Of a stretch of 64,000 nt of DNA, positions 39,864 to 53,200 are shown one piece after another; positions within the stretch are counted from its first letter, which is position 1, and the number at the start of each line of letters is the position of its first letter. This DNA comes from Bilabrum cf. latius (taxonomy: Eukaryota): positions 558,001-622,000 of the forward strand of contig OZ237751.1 of NCBI GenBank assembly GCA_965178125.1, in the 5' to 3' direction. The position numbers were made by a program, and so were the translations under genes. Under the pieces are notes generated by a model. That model was not told the origin of the DNA. It saw only the letters and a list, made by a program, of their open reading frames with translations, and did no database searches.

Positions 39864-42800
39864 TCAGCGCAATTCCATGCTAAATCTCCACTGGTACGAG
39901 CCGTGCAAGGTGCCCTCCTCGGCGCCTGCAAACGGCATCCAGAAGATGTAGTTGGTGCTCCACGCGTTGTCAACCAGAATCACGTTCGCCTCTGCGGTGC
40001 CCTGACCACCGGATGACAGCGGGGTAGGGTACGGCGAAGCTGGTCCAAACTTCACGACGCCTGCGTCCGGAACGAGCACGGTTAGGTTCCCCTTGCTCGC
40101 CTGCTCGGCGCTCCCCTGAAACCGGATGGCGTCCCCAACGGCCTGTACTGCCGTGCCGCCCCACGCAACACCGTCGCCAGCGTTTTGCCAGCGGCCGAGC
40201 TTCCGGATGGACCACGCCGACAGCTTCTCTTTCAGAGCCGAGACGTCTTGCAGCACGGGGGGCTTCCGCATCCCGACCCTGCACCCCCTCTCCTTGCAGG
40301 TCCCCAGCATCTCCAGCGTCTCTGGGTCTTCGAAGGCCTCGTAGTAGGGATTCGCATCATAGGGAGACTGGAAGTGATGGACAGAGCGGGAGCCGTAGTT
40401 CTTCGAGTGGTGGTGACCCGCCCTCGTGCTGTTGCCACCGGCCGCAGCTCGCGTGCCAATCGGCGGGTGGGCGAGCGTCCTTGCCGCCCACAGCCTCTCC
40501 ATGGGATGCACCGGGTTTAATGAGCTGATCGACTTGGCCAGAGAGGCCACCTTGCCTGCCTATGCACTAGCAAGGGGAGAACGGCTGCTTGGCTGAGTGG
40601 CTTCCTTCCCTTCGGCGGCGGCAGCAGCTGATGCTCGCTTCATGGCGTCACGAATGGCGCCGGGGCGCAGGTACTCGGGTCCGTGTGGCGAGTGCGCGTG
40701 CGTGTGAGGATGCTCCGTAGCGTGGTCTCCATCTTGCGAAGGATTCTCGTGATCGTGACCCGCGTGCAGCCTCCTGCCGTCGCCCTTGCCGCTGCCGCCG
40801 CTCGCCGCCTCCTTGGGGCCGTCAGCTCCGAGTGGGAGCATGCTCATGTATGCCCCTTCCAGCATGCGCGTGCTGGTTTTGTTCCAGAACTGGCACGTCA
40901 CGTTGACGACAACGTTGGGCGGGCCTCCCTGCGCCTTCTGCTCCTCTTCCCCCCTTGACAGGAAGCCGGTCGCGGCCTGGCTGCCGGGGCCCACTGACAG
41001 CACGGTCCAGACCTCCTCCGGCCCGCCGTAGTTCACGTGCAGCCTGTCGTCATCGAATGCCTGCCGCAGCACGATCGCGGTGATGTTCACACCGGCGGCA
41101 TTCGGCCCCGTCCTGCTCCAGGCCTGCAATACCCTGGGGGACGCGAGGGTGTAGTTCGGGTTTGCCTCCTCAATGCCGTACTTGCCGTATGTGTTGTTGG
41201 CCCAGCTCCTGTCGGTCATGTAGTACAGGTACTGGTCGATGAAGTCGGTGTAGTTGACGGCATTGAGCGTCTGGTACCGCACCCTGGCAAGCTGCTCGTC
41301 GGTTGATGCCCAGTTCCTGCTTCCTCCTGACGAGGAGTGGTCGATCAGCCGCGTGATGCCGCCTGTTGCCACGTCGATGCTGAGGCTGGCAAGCCCGCCA
41401 GCGATGCCGTTGAGCTTAATCTGCCCGTCCTCGCTCTCGGCACCAGGCACGGGGAGGGGACTGTACCCGGCAGTGCTGGGCATCTTGGGCCGCTGATCCT
41501 CCACGTCAGCTTCGATCCTCTGACGCAGGGAGGAGGACTCTGGCAGCGCGGACAGCGGGTAATCGTAGGCCCACTTGCGCTGGATGGTCCACGAGAGCGG
41601 GTTGGTGTGGAGCTCCTTGGCACCTGCCTGCACCTCCCTGTGGAAATCGACGTTGCTCCAGTTGGTCGACCGAAAGTCCCCCAGATTGCCTCCAGACACA
41701 CCCCAAGTGTGCTCGGATGCCTTCATTAGCAGCCTCGAGAAGTTGTAGAAGGGGCTGCTCGCGGGGGAGGGTGCCAGCTCGCCATCTACAGAGCTGGGGT
41801 AGGCGCACTCTTGTTCCCCGGCAGCGACGCATTGTTCCCTGATTCGCTGGGTGCTACGCATGCGCATGGTCTTTACCGGGTCGCTGGGCACTCCCATCAC
41901 CCACGTGTCTCCGATTTCCGCCGTGACGAGCGGCACGTTCTGCTTGGCGCCCGCTGCGATGGCGTGCGTCGTGAAATTGTCGAGGGTGCTTACGACCACC
42001 TGTGCCCCAGGGAACCAGCCCTGCACCTCCTCGAAGTCGCCGAGCACCTCCTTCGTCGACTCTGCCGGTCCGTGATTGTCATTGCGCCAGGCGTATACCA
42101 GAACGTGAGGACACCCGGGGATCTGCAGGTAGTCTCGCGCTGGAGGCGCCCCGCCCTTGCCGCCCGACATCTGCTCGATGTGACCTCCGTGCAGTTGGCG
42201 GTGCATTGCACTGCCGTGCTGCTGCTAATGCTGTCGATGCTGTTGATGCTGATGTTGGTGCTGGTGCTTTGCTCGCATCGCTCGTCGCTGCCCGAAGCCC
42301 GCCTTGTGGATGAGCTCGCTGGCGGTGCTGCCATCCGAGGGAAGCATGCCGTAGCCGAGGGCATGCCACATGACGAGCTGCTCCGTGCCTGTGGCATCAT
42401 CCCTCCACACGAAGGCCGGGGGCACGTTCGGTGGGTGCATTGCACTGTTGCTCCCCTCGCTCAGAGCCCTCACCCCGACCTCTGCTAGGAGCGGTACGGC
42501 GGCCCGGGGGAATCCTGGGACGTCTCGCTGGGACAGCACCGTGGGCAGGTCAATGCCGATTCTCTTGGCCAGGTCCCTGGTCATGTTAACTCCGAATTGC
42601 AGCAGCGAGGGTTCGAGAACCTCCAGCTCCCCGTTGTGTGGGAAGGCGTGCAGCTGCACGTAGCCCTTCCGGAGGGCATCCTTGTACTGAGCGATCTGAG
42701 AGGCGTTGGGACACAGCACGCCGTCTTGCTCGTATCCGATGGGACAGCTGTCCATCATGCTGGTGAGGAAAGAGTGGGAGAGCCACTGCAGCCGCTTTCC

Positions 42801-43369
42801 AGGCTGGCCCAGGGCGTCCATCTGCTCTCCGACGGAAGCAGCACGAGGGAAGAACATGTCGAAGTACTCGTCCACCACCAACCTGCGCAGAATAAAATAA
42901 GTAAACAAATACCGAAATATAGAGAGCTAACATGCTGCTAGTGCTGAAAGCCGGAGCAACGGACAAGCGCAGCCCAAGATTGGGTGGACGCCGCTGAGCC
43001 TCGCAACCGAATTGAGTGGACAGAACATGCTCACGGAGCCAGTGCAGTGTACCCAATATCAAGGTGGTTGCTAAAGATGACGTGCACGGTTTCCACGGGG
43101 ACGCCTTCCCCGGCGAAGTAGCATGACGGACTGCCCGCCCTCTTCTCGTAGCAGCAGCCACGGGAGAGACACTCATCAGATGCAATGCCCATGTAGCCAC
43201 AGTCTGTCCTGTTCTGAATTGCTGAGCACTGCTGACCGTCGGGTGCATTGTGAACCTCATTCCCAGTGAGCACAGGCTGCGGTCCACTAACGAACTCATT
43301 AGCGCGACAATCTCCGACGAGCATCCCAGCGGTGATCAAACACCACACAGCGCAGAGAGAGGTCTTCAT
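39864..43369 (-). CDS. Secreted glycoside hydrolase-like protein (GH38/57-type N-terminus, DUF5054-like) with trefoil (P-type) domain
   Basis: Signal peptide; CSAIQNRTDCGYMGIASDECLSRGCCY...PSCYF trefoil; VHVIFSNHLDIGYT; HAFPHNGELE; SQRDVPG; EIGDTWVMGVPSDP; EHTWG; NAWSTNY; one intron ~43033-42883; TAG at 42225 and 40560; ends TGA. Confidence 0.75.
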
Positions 43370-43546
43370 GATTGACCGCAGAGCCTTACTGGTTTCTGTT
43401 GCACCAGCCTAAAAATGGGGCCAAGCCTTGGAAATTCCGGGGCCCACCCACGAGCACTGGCAGTGCCGCTCCGGATCGCTCCCGGCACCTCAATTAACGT
43501 TGCTGCTCGTAGAGAGAACCACGTTCATGTCATGAATGGGAATCGA

Positions 43547-44683
43547 ATGTCTGCTCGTGATGAGCTCTTTGCAGCTCCGGGGGCGAATTCCCGGTTGAGA
43601 CAGGGGCGAGAGCCCGCTCGCTCCTAGAATGATTCCTCTCGCGCGTCCGCCTCTCTCGAGAGGTCGCGGCAAGTCGTCCTGGACCAAATCAGCAAGATGA
43701 ATGCCGCAAGTGCCACCATTCAAAGCGGCAAAGAGTCCCTGCAGCGCACTGGAGATAGCCAGCAGAGCATTTTCGGCCAGTTGACAGTTGCAAACAGCCT
43801 GTTGGATGCAATGGGATCTCGAGAAGACCGGGAGCGAATGGTGCTATCTTTGGCGTTTTGGTTCTTAGTAGCAGTGTGCACGTACATTATTTGGGCTCGC
43901 TTTGGCTATGTGACGGGCGCCCACGTTGTCCTAGGTTGGGTGTCCTGGGCAGCTAGAGCTGCGTTTGCTTGGGTTTGGTATCCCATTGGGGGAATTTTGC
44001 ACTATGCTGGGTTACTTCACGCATCAAACACCGGGGAAGAGGGGCTGGCACCCCAAATTTTGGAAGCAGCCGCCACTGGGCCCAGAGCCTCAAGCGCTTG
44101 GCCGGAGCATCTCGCGAGGGACGCAGATGGTTTCAATGGCGTTGCGCGAGAAGGCAGCACAGAATCGACGTGGGAGGTATCTGCACAGGGCATCATGCGG
44201 CCTATTGTGGCCTCAGACGGCCTTGCTGCCGAGTGGAGTGAACATGATGGTAGACAGATGGAATTCAGTGACGGGGCGGTCGATGGGGGCATGGATGATA
44301 GGGCAATGGATGGGGGCATGGATGACAGGGCAATGGATGGGGGCATGGATGATAGGGCAATGGATGAGGGCATGGATGATAGGGCAATGGATGGGGGCAT
44401 GGATGATAGGGCAATGGATGGGGGCATGGATGATAGGGCAATGGATGGGGGCATGGATGATAGGGCAATGGATGGGGGCATGGATGACAGGGCAATGGAT
44501 GGGGGCATGGATGACAGGGCAATGGATGGGGGCATGGATGACAGGGCAATGGATGGGGGCATGGATGATAGGGCAATGGATGGGGGCATGGATGACAGGG
44601 CAATGGATGGGGGCATGGATGATAGGGCAATGGATGGGGACGTGAGTGACCAGGCAGTCGATGGGGGCGAGAGTGCCGGGTGA
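43547..44683 (+). CDS. SEC20/BNIP1-like SNARE with unusual repeat-containing C-terminal extension
   Basis: ASLERSRQVVLDQISKMNAASATIQSGKESLQRT...ANSLLDAMGSREDRERMVLSLAFWFLVAVCTYIIWARF matches the Sec20 SNARE+TM pattern; one TAG at 43625; ends TGA. Confidence 0.6.
44282..44638 (+). repeat. 27-bp coding minisatellite, 13 copies (MDGGMDDRA)
   Basis: GATGGGGGCATGGATGA(T/C)AGGGCAATG tandem array with no spacers. Confidence 0.97.
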
Positions 44684-45047
44684 AAAGGCTCGGCTGCCTC
44701 ACGCTAGGATGCCACATAGAACATCCTGTGCAGGAATAGGACGACTGTGGGCCTGTTACAGGGCCGCCTGAGTGCAGACATTGCCAACAGTGTATGGTGC
44801 AAGTGTATACGTGCTTGCTCTCGACACAGGCTGCGTGCACCGACATCCTCACATCAAGTCACTATACTACTAGTATACTAATTGGCGTCGTATTAGACGC
44901 AAGCAAGCCGAATTTCGTTCTTGTCCTCATGAGACCCAGCACTTTCACAATGCGCTGCACCTGCCGATGGGTAGTTCCGGTATTACCCGGCTCGTCATTT
45001 CTGGTGTTCCACTTTTCTGTACTTTCTGCTCGACTTGAGTGTCTGCA

Positions 45048-45941
45048 ATGATTATTGCAAGCTTGGTGCTGGCTTCAGTTTGCCTGGCGGCTACTGGACC
45101 ACCGTTTGCCCCCTCAAATTGGGAGCTTGACTTCGAAGATGAATTCGAAACCCTGAACAAGACGATCTGGTATCCCAAGAATGGAACCCACTCGGGAAAT
45201 GCCGAAAAAGAGTTCTACACGCCTGAGCAATGCAGTATTAGGGATGGTAAGCTAGTTTAGACGGCAATTCCCAAGGAGACGTACGGATACAACTACACTT
45301 CGTGCTGGGTCGATACCTACGGCGCGCCAAACGGCTCTGCAGCCTTTACGTACGGCCGTTTTGAGGTCAATGCCAAACTTCCGTGGAGCAAAAGCATGTG
45401 GCCGGCACATTGGTAAGTCACGCGCTCCGACTCTCTGGCGATTTCACGCGCAATAGCACCCCGATACCGTGCAGCGTTCCTGCCTCCTCGCACCTATGTC
45501 CATCGCAGGCTCATGCCTCTGAAGGGGTTCTGCTGGCCCATGGGCGGGGAAATCGACATCATGGAGTCAGTGAGCCCCGAGGCAGACCAGGTGCACGCTG
45601 CAGTGCACTACAGTGAGAGCCAGGACTGGTCCCCCTGCGGCAACAGCAACCACGGCGCTGCCAACTTCAGTGCCAAGGTCCCTGACGGGCAGCCCAAGTT
45701 CAACGAGACCTTCACGACCTTCGGGGTGGAATGGGACCTGGATTCCATGGTGTACTATTGGAACGACACCAGTTACCTCACGGTCCCATTGCCACAGACG
45801 CACTTCGTTCAGAGCCCGTTCTACTTCATCCTTAACCTGGCTGTGGGAGGAGGTTGGCCGGGTAACCCGGACAACACCACTGTGTTCCCTCAGGAGCACG
45901 TCATCGACTGGGTGAGGCATTACGCCAAGAAATCGGACTGA
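45048..45941 (+). CDS. Secreted GH16 beta-1,3-glucanase (laminarinase-like)
   Basis: Signal peptide, WELDFEDEF, YGRFEVNAKLP, MWPAHW|LMP (intron ~45413-45508), catalytic GEIDIME, FYFILNLAVGGGWPG, IDWVR; one TAG at 45258; ends TGA. Confidence 0.92.
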
Positions 45942-46211
45942 GTCCCCGATCGGAGGAGGGGGGTTGCTTCTTCTTCTTCTTCGTACATGGCCCGAGTGGT
46001 GGTCAATGGTCATGCATGCAAGTTGTCGAGGCTCCACTTCCGTTGCTGCTTTGCTTCGGTCTACAGTTTTCGTCACATGTACTCAAATAGTGCTTATCGA
46101 TTCAAATCACACAAATCTTGAGTGCACTAATTCAAGCAGCAATTCGACAGCCAGGGCCGACTCAATGCAATGCAATGCAATGCACTGCACTGCACAACCG
46201 CGGTCCGATCA

Positions 46212-47556
46212 TCACGCAAACACCGGCAACACGACAGAATTCCACCACTCGTCCGAGAACCTCAGGTGGTCCCCCTGGAACTCGGCAAAGTGCACCTTAC
46301 CTGCCTGGTCCAGGGTCTTGAGCCCGAACGCGTCGTTCTGGTATTGCGACCACTCTCTCATCGTGTAGATGGTCTTGGTGTCCTTGTCGCCGTTCGTGAA
46401 CTTGTAGCCCCCGAACTGCTCGCTCTGGTGGGGGTACACAACGGTGTCGTTGAGCGCCATGCCCAGGAGGACAAGGTCCAGCGACTTGAAGTTGGAGGTG
46501 TAGGTGGCGTTGCTGCGGCCAGGCAGCTCGTTGTTCAGGTCGGGCAGGAACGTGTTCTGGCTGAGATACTCCGACTGGTTCCAGAAGGTGACGAAGTAAT
46601 CGGAGAAGGACAGCGGGATGGACCCGTTGAACAGGAAGTGGTAGGGATCGTCTTCGAAAAGGCCGCACAGGAACGGGATGATCTTGTAGGTGGCGGGGCA
46701 GTCGTACACCCCGTTCTCCACGCCGCACACGGCCACGTATCGCCTGACTGGTGGGTCGTTGTACTGCTCGATGTACGCCCGCACCACTGGCCCGCCCTAG
46801 CTGAGCCCAACAGCGTCGAACCCATTGGAGAGCTTGGGGTCCGCCCGAACCGTCTTCGCGAACTCGTCCACCTGCGCGGATAAAGCAATCAATGACTCTA
46901 AATTCAATTTCATGATCGGGCTGTGCGTTCATCTCGCTATGTACCGTCAGCGCATTGCCGACGAGCTGCGAAAAACCGCAGATGGCCTGCCAGCAGCTCA
47001 ATCCCCAACGGATCGCCAATTTCAGTTTTGATACTCCGTTTCCGCCTCACCTGGTCTTGCATGGGAGTGATAAAGGAGAAGAGTCCGTCAGCGACGTCCA
47101 CTGCGACGGCATACTTGCCTGGGTACTTGGTCTGCAGTGCTTGTGGGTCCCAGGAACGGCACGTTCATGGCGCTTAGGAAGCAGTACAGTAGGAAAATCC
47201 GCATGCTTTCTAAACAATTCAAAAACGAATCATCGAGTATTGCGTACGCGGCGAAGCAGTAAATGCAATTAAGAGTGCACTGGATGCCAAGATCGTCTCA
47301 CGGAAACAGACTTAGCAAGGGACTGCATTCCTGGGTTGTCGCCAGCGTCCCCGAGGCCGTGCATAAGAACTACTGGGGTGTTATCATTAGCATCAATATC
47401 TGCTTCCACTGCAGAGACGTCGACGATGGGCGCGCTAAACGGATTGGCGGCGCTCGCCAGGAAGGCCTCGATCTTGTCTAGCTCTGGGACATTAGCAGCA
47501 CCCGCAAGCAGCGCAGAAGCAGATGCACTTATTGCGAATAAAGCTGCAGTGCGCAT
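46212..47556 (-). CDS. Palmitoyl-protein thioesterase (PPT1-like)
   Basis: Signal peptide, PVVLMHGLGD, two introns, GFDAVGLS[TAG]GGPVVRAYIEQYNDPPV (nucleophile elbow), FLPDLNNE, DTVVYPHQSEQFG, DAFGLKTLD, GDHLRF; ends TGA. Confidence 0.92.
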
Positions 47557-47657
47557 TTTTGTTGAAAGATCTTATGTTGTGAGCCCTTGCGATATTTTCA
47601 TTTATTAATTCCGGTTCTTAAAGCTATTTTCGTCATTCTTGCATTTCTTCCGCGAGT

Positions 47658-50079
47658 ATGGGGCAAGGGGCCAGTGAGGTTGAACGGGAAGGAAGGGTTT
47701 CGGAGGAGTGAGGCAGTCTGGGGTGGCGGACGCGTGCATTGTAGGATTCGCAACTACACCTTCACATTCTACCTGTTGCCGCGAAGTCTCTGCAGAGAAG
47801 ATGTCGAGAACAGGATCTTGCATGCGGTAGTCAGCAATGACGTAGTTACACTGAATAGAATTTAGACCGATCATGTCTCCTCTATTGTGTGGTTGAAGCG
47901 ATATAAGCGGGAGGTGAGCTTTGGTGCCTTGTTGCCCTCAACCGGTGGTTGTGGCGAGAATGCGAACTAACTTGATGCACAGCTTCAGCCACGCTTCGCA
48001 GATGATGAGAACAGCACTACATATCGCTGTGAAGCACGATAACATCGCCGTTATCACATCTTTGTTGCGAAGGGGCGCCAGCCCAGACGTGCCTGACTCT
48101 GTGAGGAGCTGCAATAAGGACGGAAAACTCGCGCCGCTACAACGAATCTCGCGACCACTAGCACAGTCTCACGTTTATTGTTCATTTTAAGACACATTGT
48201 ATTTTGCAGATGGGCCGCACGCCGATACATGCGGCCATCGAAGGCTAGAACATAGAGGCACTTGACGCGATGATAAAGGCAGGGGCCGATCTATCCAGCC
48301 AGGACTCAGTGAGCGCCAGTGCCGGTGGCAATTTTCGATGATCTTTTTGTTTTTTGGTTTTTAACCGCGATATCGATCACTCACGAATCACACGCGGTAC
48401 GCTCCTGCAACACCCACACCTGGATGGCCAAGTACTCACCCTGGATGGCCAAGCACTCACCCACCCCCTCTTGATCGCAGGAGGGCCGCACCCCGCTGCA
48501 CCTTGCCAGCGCCCTAGGCAGAGGGGAGGCCATGGCGCACATCATCCTGGCGGGAGGCTGGTTCGCAACCGTAGAGCACACCAAGCCCGGATTGGAGCGG
48601 CACACGAATCTTGCAGCCGCCACATTTTCTCACGCGAATCGAAAGACGCAGAGAGAGGTCAGGGACATGATTCGAACGCACGCAGGAAACAGGCCCCTGC
48701 TGGCCATGAGTCTCAGCTCGCTGTGGAAACAAAGCGGGTATTCCAAGTCGTCAGTTCCGCTAGTTGCGCGGCGCCGGCTAAGGCTGATCCAATGGAGGTC
48801 CAGCAGGCTGATGGGACGTGGGATGGAGATAGCGTTCATCGCAGCGTCCGAGGGCAGGCCACTGGAGCTGGCCAGGAGGCTGCGCCAGGGCAAGCAGGCC
48901 TCCGGGCTGTTCGCGACGGGCACGCTCAAGATACCAGAGGGGGTGGAGGGCGCCGGTGAGACTGTGACGAATGTAACGTGCATGATGGCGGCCGCAGCGA
49001 ATGGACACTCCGAGTGCGTTAAGACCCTCGTGGAGTTCGGCTGGTAGCTGTCGCTTGCAAGGCAGGATAGCAAGGGCCGCACGGCTCTGTGGTGGGCTAG
49101 AGACCTGGAGATAAGGAACATGCTGCTGTCCACTAATGAAACCGACGCGGTGGACGGCCTGTTTCGTCAGTGCGACGACCTTGCAACCGTGATTGCAAGG
49201 AGGAGGAGCAAGCTAAACGAGTACGTCATCTCCCTCGCCACGGAGCATGCCATCGCGCCAGCTCTCGAGAATGCCAAGATCCGTGCTGCCGCTCTAAGGG
49301 CAGAGGCCGAGCAAACGCTCAATTTGGCCAAGGGGGTCGAGCGATATCTTCGATCTACCTACAATGTGGCCAAGGAACAGGTCAGGGAAGCCGTTTCCGA
49401 GCAGGATGCGGTGCGGGTCGCCATCGGAACCGAGACCGAGACGCTCATCAACCGGGTGTCCCAGCTCAAGCACCGCACCGCAGCCGTGCAGGCCGCGATG
49501 CGCGATGCCGCGGAAGTGCATCGCAAAGAGGCAAGCATAGTTGCAAACGTTGGTGAACTTGGAGATGCTGCCGAGCTCAGGGCTGAAGCAGATCGGTTCG
49601 ATCAGATTCGGGCCAAGGTCGCCAAGCAACTTGAGAGCAGACTTGGCGCACAAGGCCGTTCCGGCTAGAGGCGGTCAGCAGGAGCGGCTAGTGGTGCAGG
49701 CGCTGGGGATGGAAGCGATTCGGGGAAGAGTCCAAGTGATCTAGGAGCTAGTGCTGGCGTGGGCTCCGATACCGACATGATGGCGCTGGCTGGAGCTTCG
49801 ATTGAGGCTGCTCGCATGGAGCTGGCCAAGCCAAAGATCAGCAATGTGCGGGAGCTTCCTGGGCATGGAGGCCAAGGAATGCGTAAGGCTTTAGGAGGGG
49901 ACATACAGTCATTGAAATTAGTCCTGGAACGAGTGAAGAGCAAGGTCAAGGAGCTGTCGGAGAGCCGGAGCAAGCTGGCTGAGAAGGCAGAAACAACTCT
50001 GGCTGAAATATCCGCTAGCTTCGACGAGCTGCTTCCTAGGGTGGAGAGAATTGTTGCAGACACTCCTTTGTTGCAATGA
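47658..50079 (+). CDS. Ankyrin-repeat / coiled-coil protein with possible N-myristoylation motif (MGQGAS)
   Basis: Short exons with GT-AG introns encode RTALHIAV, GRTPIHAA, GRTPLHLA, TCMMAAAANGHSECVKTL, GRTALWWA; ~5 in-frame TAG; ends TGA. Exon boundaries partly inferred. Confidence 0.75.
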
Positions 50080-50230
50080 AAACGCGCAAGTGTTGTATTG
50101 AGAGTCTGCAAGTTGCGACCAGAGCTTGCGACCACCCAACGTGGAACTTGCTCGGTTGAAGCGAGCAAGGCGGTGCAGTTCATTCCACGGGGTCTTGACG
50201 TCCATTGTATCGGCTCATTCGGCTGTCAAA

Positions 50231-53200
50231 ATGGAGGCCTAGAATCAAATACAAGTACTCGATGCATTATCGCAGCGAATGCAGGTGTTTATGCAGTCAA
50301 TTTGCACGGGGTTGGACGACGTCGCGGCAATCGTGTCCGGGCAATCAGCGCAGATAGCCTCGATTCCGTCCGCGCGTTCGAGCGAAGAAGGTACTACTTC
50401 AGCAGTCGAAGCAGCTAAGCAGGTCTTCAAGTGCTTTGAACAGGTTCTGAAGCGCTAGGACCTCGTGACGATGCTCGAGCACGCAGGCGGAGCACCGTTC
50501 GGCAGCGCTCGTACAATGAAGGCAGGGTTTTTGAAGTACTCAGACCTCCTTCGTTGGTGCATCAATACTTGCAAGAGGCTTCTCAATACCTGCACTGAGC
50601 TAAAGAAAGGCCTTTCGGCCCATCGGCACTCTCATGGAGTGACCTGCCTGCAAGCTCTCCTGCTGTCCAACACTCCGATAATGCTTGCCAAGAACGTGAG
50701 CAACCCAGCAAACTAGGAGTCAACAGATGCAGATTAGCTCGAGGCATGCAGGTTCATGTACTTTTCCTGCATACCGGCGCTGCACTCGATCATCGTGCAG
50801 CTGCGCAAGCAGGGCGAGGATGAGCTCGCGAAACGCCTCCGCCTGCACACGGGAGAAGGAATGCTCATTTTGGGCGATCACGTGCCTTTTGCAACAATAA
50901 AACTCCTTAGTCATGCGCTTAATACGATCAAGGCGGGTGCGCAGCACTGCCGGGTGAACCCACAGGCTGCGAGCGACGGCATGGGCGATGAGGACCTGTA
51001 CCACGCGTCTGTCGCGAAGACCTACATCGACAGAGTCGAAATTTGCTATGAGAGATTAGTATGCAAACTTGACTCGGCTATGCTTGTCGGGTAGCTCGAT
51101 TCCGGGAGCGCAGGAGCCCACGGATCTGAAGGCGTCGGGAAGCAGATCGAGGCGGCGGTGCAGGACCTTCACGAGTTTTGCGAGGAGATGAGCAGCGCCA
51201 TGCAGCACTGCAATGCCATTAATGACGCTAACATGAGGCTGCGTGTCTGGGTCAAGACAGTGACCGCTCTCTATGGTCCGTACAGCGACGCCATCCGGGC
51301 CGCAGTGGCAGCTCACGCCCAGCGACCAGAGCCGCCCTCGGGGTCCCAGCACGGGGCCGGGAGCGACGAGGAGGCATCTAGACCATTCATGATGCTCGTG
51401 AGTGCTGCACTGGCGGTGGTTCGCATGCGGCAAGGGGCCATCGCCAGGCTGGTCGAAGCCAGGGAGGCCGTACTGGCTGAGGCAGCCGAGCAGGCTGACG
51501 ATGAGGCCGAGGAGAACCACGACGAAGAGGGGGAACCTTCCTCGGGGGCAGGCGCGGCGGCATCATCTCGGAGGCAGCGCAAGTCTGCATCCGATTCAGA
51601 CCCAGTCATGGATCGGGCGAGGGAGTGGCAGGTGGCTGCGAGGGCACATGAGGCCGAGCTGCTCGCCATGTAGGGCAACGTGTAGAACGCCCTCAAGATC
51701 GCGAGGCAGTGTGCCGACAGCAGCACCAGCCCGCTCGATGGTCTCAATGTCATGGTTGCGCGGATGCTGCTTAGCACGGGCGGATTTGGCGATGCCCTTG
51801 CGGCGCTGGAGGATGCAGCGCAGGGCATTCTCGACCTGAGCAGAGAGCAGGACGAGACGTCGGGAGACGCACCTGGCAGCAGCCGAAGCGCAGCGCCGAG
51901 CAACGCATCGATGATCGTGCTCGATGCGCTGGCAAGAACAGATCAGTCCTACAGGTCGTTACATCTGCTACGGTCCCAGAGCAGCGGCGGGTCATGGTCA
52001 CCAAAGAAGCTGGCTGTCGCATGCATCGGCCGGACGCTGTACCAGATCCTCTCGCGGTAGGGCCATCGGCTCGATGCCCGTCAGCTGCAGCAGTGCCTGC
52101 CTACCGTTCTACGGTGCATTGTGAGCGTTTCTGGACGGAGTTGCGCCGACTTCATCTTGGTGAGGCTATGCGAGCACCTCGCCTCAGCGCCACAGGACGG
52201 TGGGATGAGCGCGTTCCGAGTACTGGATGCACTGCAGTCCTCCGGGGAGCAGCAACGCGACACAGATGGGTGCTGGGAGACCGAGATCGTCCATCAGTGG
52301 CACAAAGTACATGCCGATGAGCCACGCAGCGGCAGTGCTAGCTCGTCCAAGTAGCAGCCGTTGTGGCAACAGCTGTGCTCCCGCTCAGAGGCGAACGAGT
52401 GCCTGCAGGGCGTGTGCTACGCCGCAACTCGCTCCGCACTAGCACAGAAGCGCTTCAAGGAAGCCGCCAGGCTGTGCGAGTATCACCTGCAGCTCCTCAA
52501 CCGCTACGCCAAGACAACCGCGGCCCACAAGTCGGTGCCGATGAGCCTAAGAGCTCTGGCTGTGAGCCGGACGGGTGACACGGACCGCGCCGTGGAGACG
52601 GCCAAAGCCGCCTTTGACCTTAGCAAGTCACCGCAAGCCCTACTGGTGCTGATTGCAGCGCATCTGGAGCGAGGTTCCAGGGACGGTTCGGACGAGGAGG
52701 CGGTCAAGTCCCTGCTGCCAGCCCTCTCTCGTATGCCAGGCAGCAACTCACGTCTGCTCGCATACGTCGCCATGCAGGCAAGGCGCACCGAGAGCTACGC
52801 AGCAGCGATCGCGACTCTCGAAACCCTGCTGCAGCGGCCCTTAAAGATGGCAGCGTAGTCATCAAGCGGGTGGGAGCACTCGGTCAGCACAGCGCTCGGC
52901 CTACCCGCTGCTTCATCCGGCGCAGGCAGTGCAAGTGGCATCTCCGGGCCGCTCGGTACCGGCAGCGAGGATGGAGCGCAAGGCACAGTAACCGATTCTG
53001 CCACGTATGCCATGCTGTGGATCGAGTGCTCGATGAAGCAATTAGAGAAACAGCACGCCTCCCAGTAGCACCGTGGTGATGGCGACGAACAGGGCCAGGC
53101 CGGGTAGAGCGAGATCCCGTCGGCTCTCGCGAGCACCATCTCTGCCGCTTCCATGCGCGATAGACTGCGCGAAGTGATCCAGACAATCGCGAAGTGCACG

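Noticed and set aside
44282-44638. Possible CRISPR array
   Set aside because: Units are contiguous with no unique spacers, lie in frame within a coding region, and there are no cas genes; the context is eukaryotic.
46163-46196. (CAATG/CACTG)n pentamer run between GH16 and PPT1
   Set aside because: Short microsatellite in a 3' intergenic region with no evidence of function.
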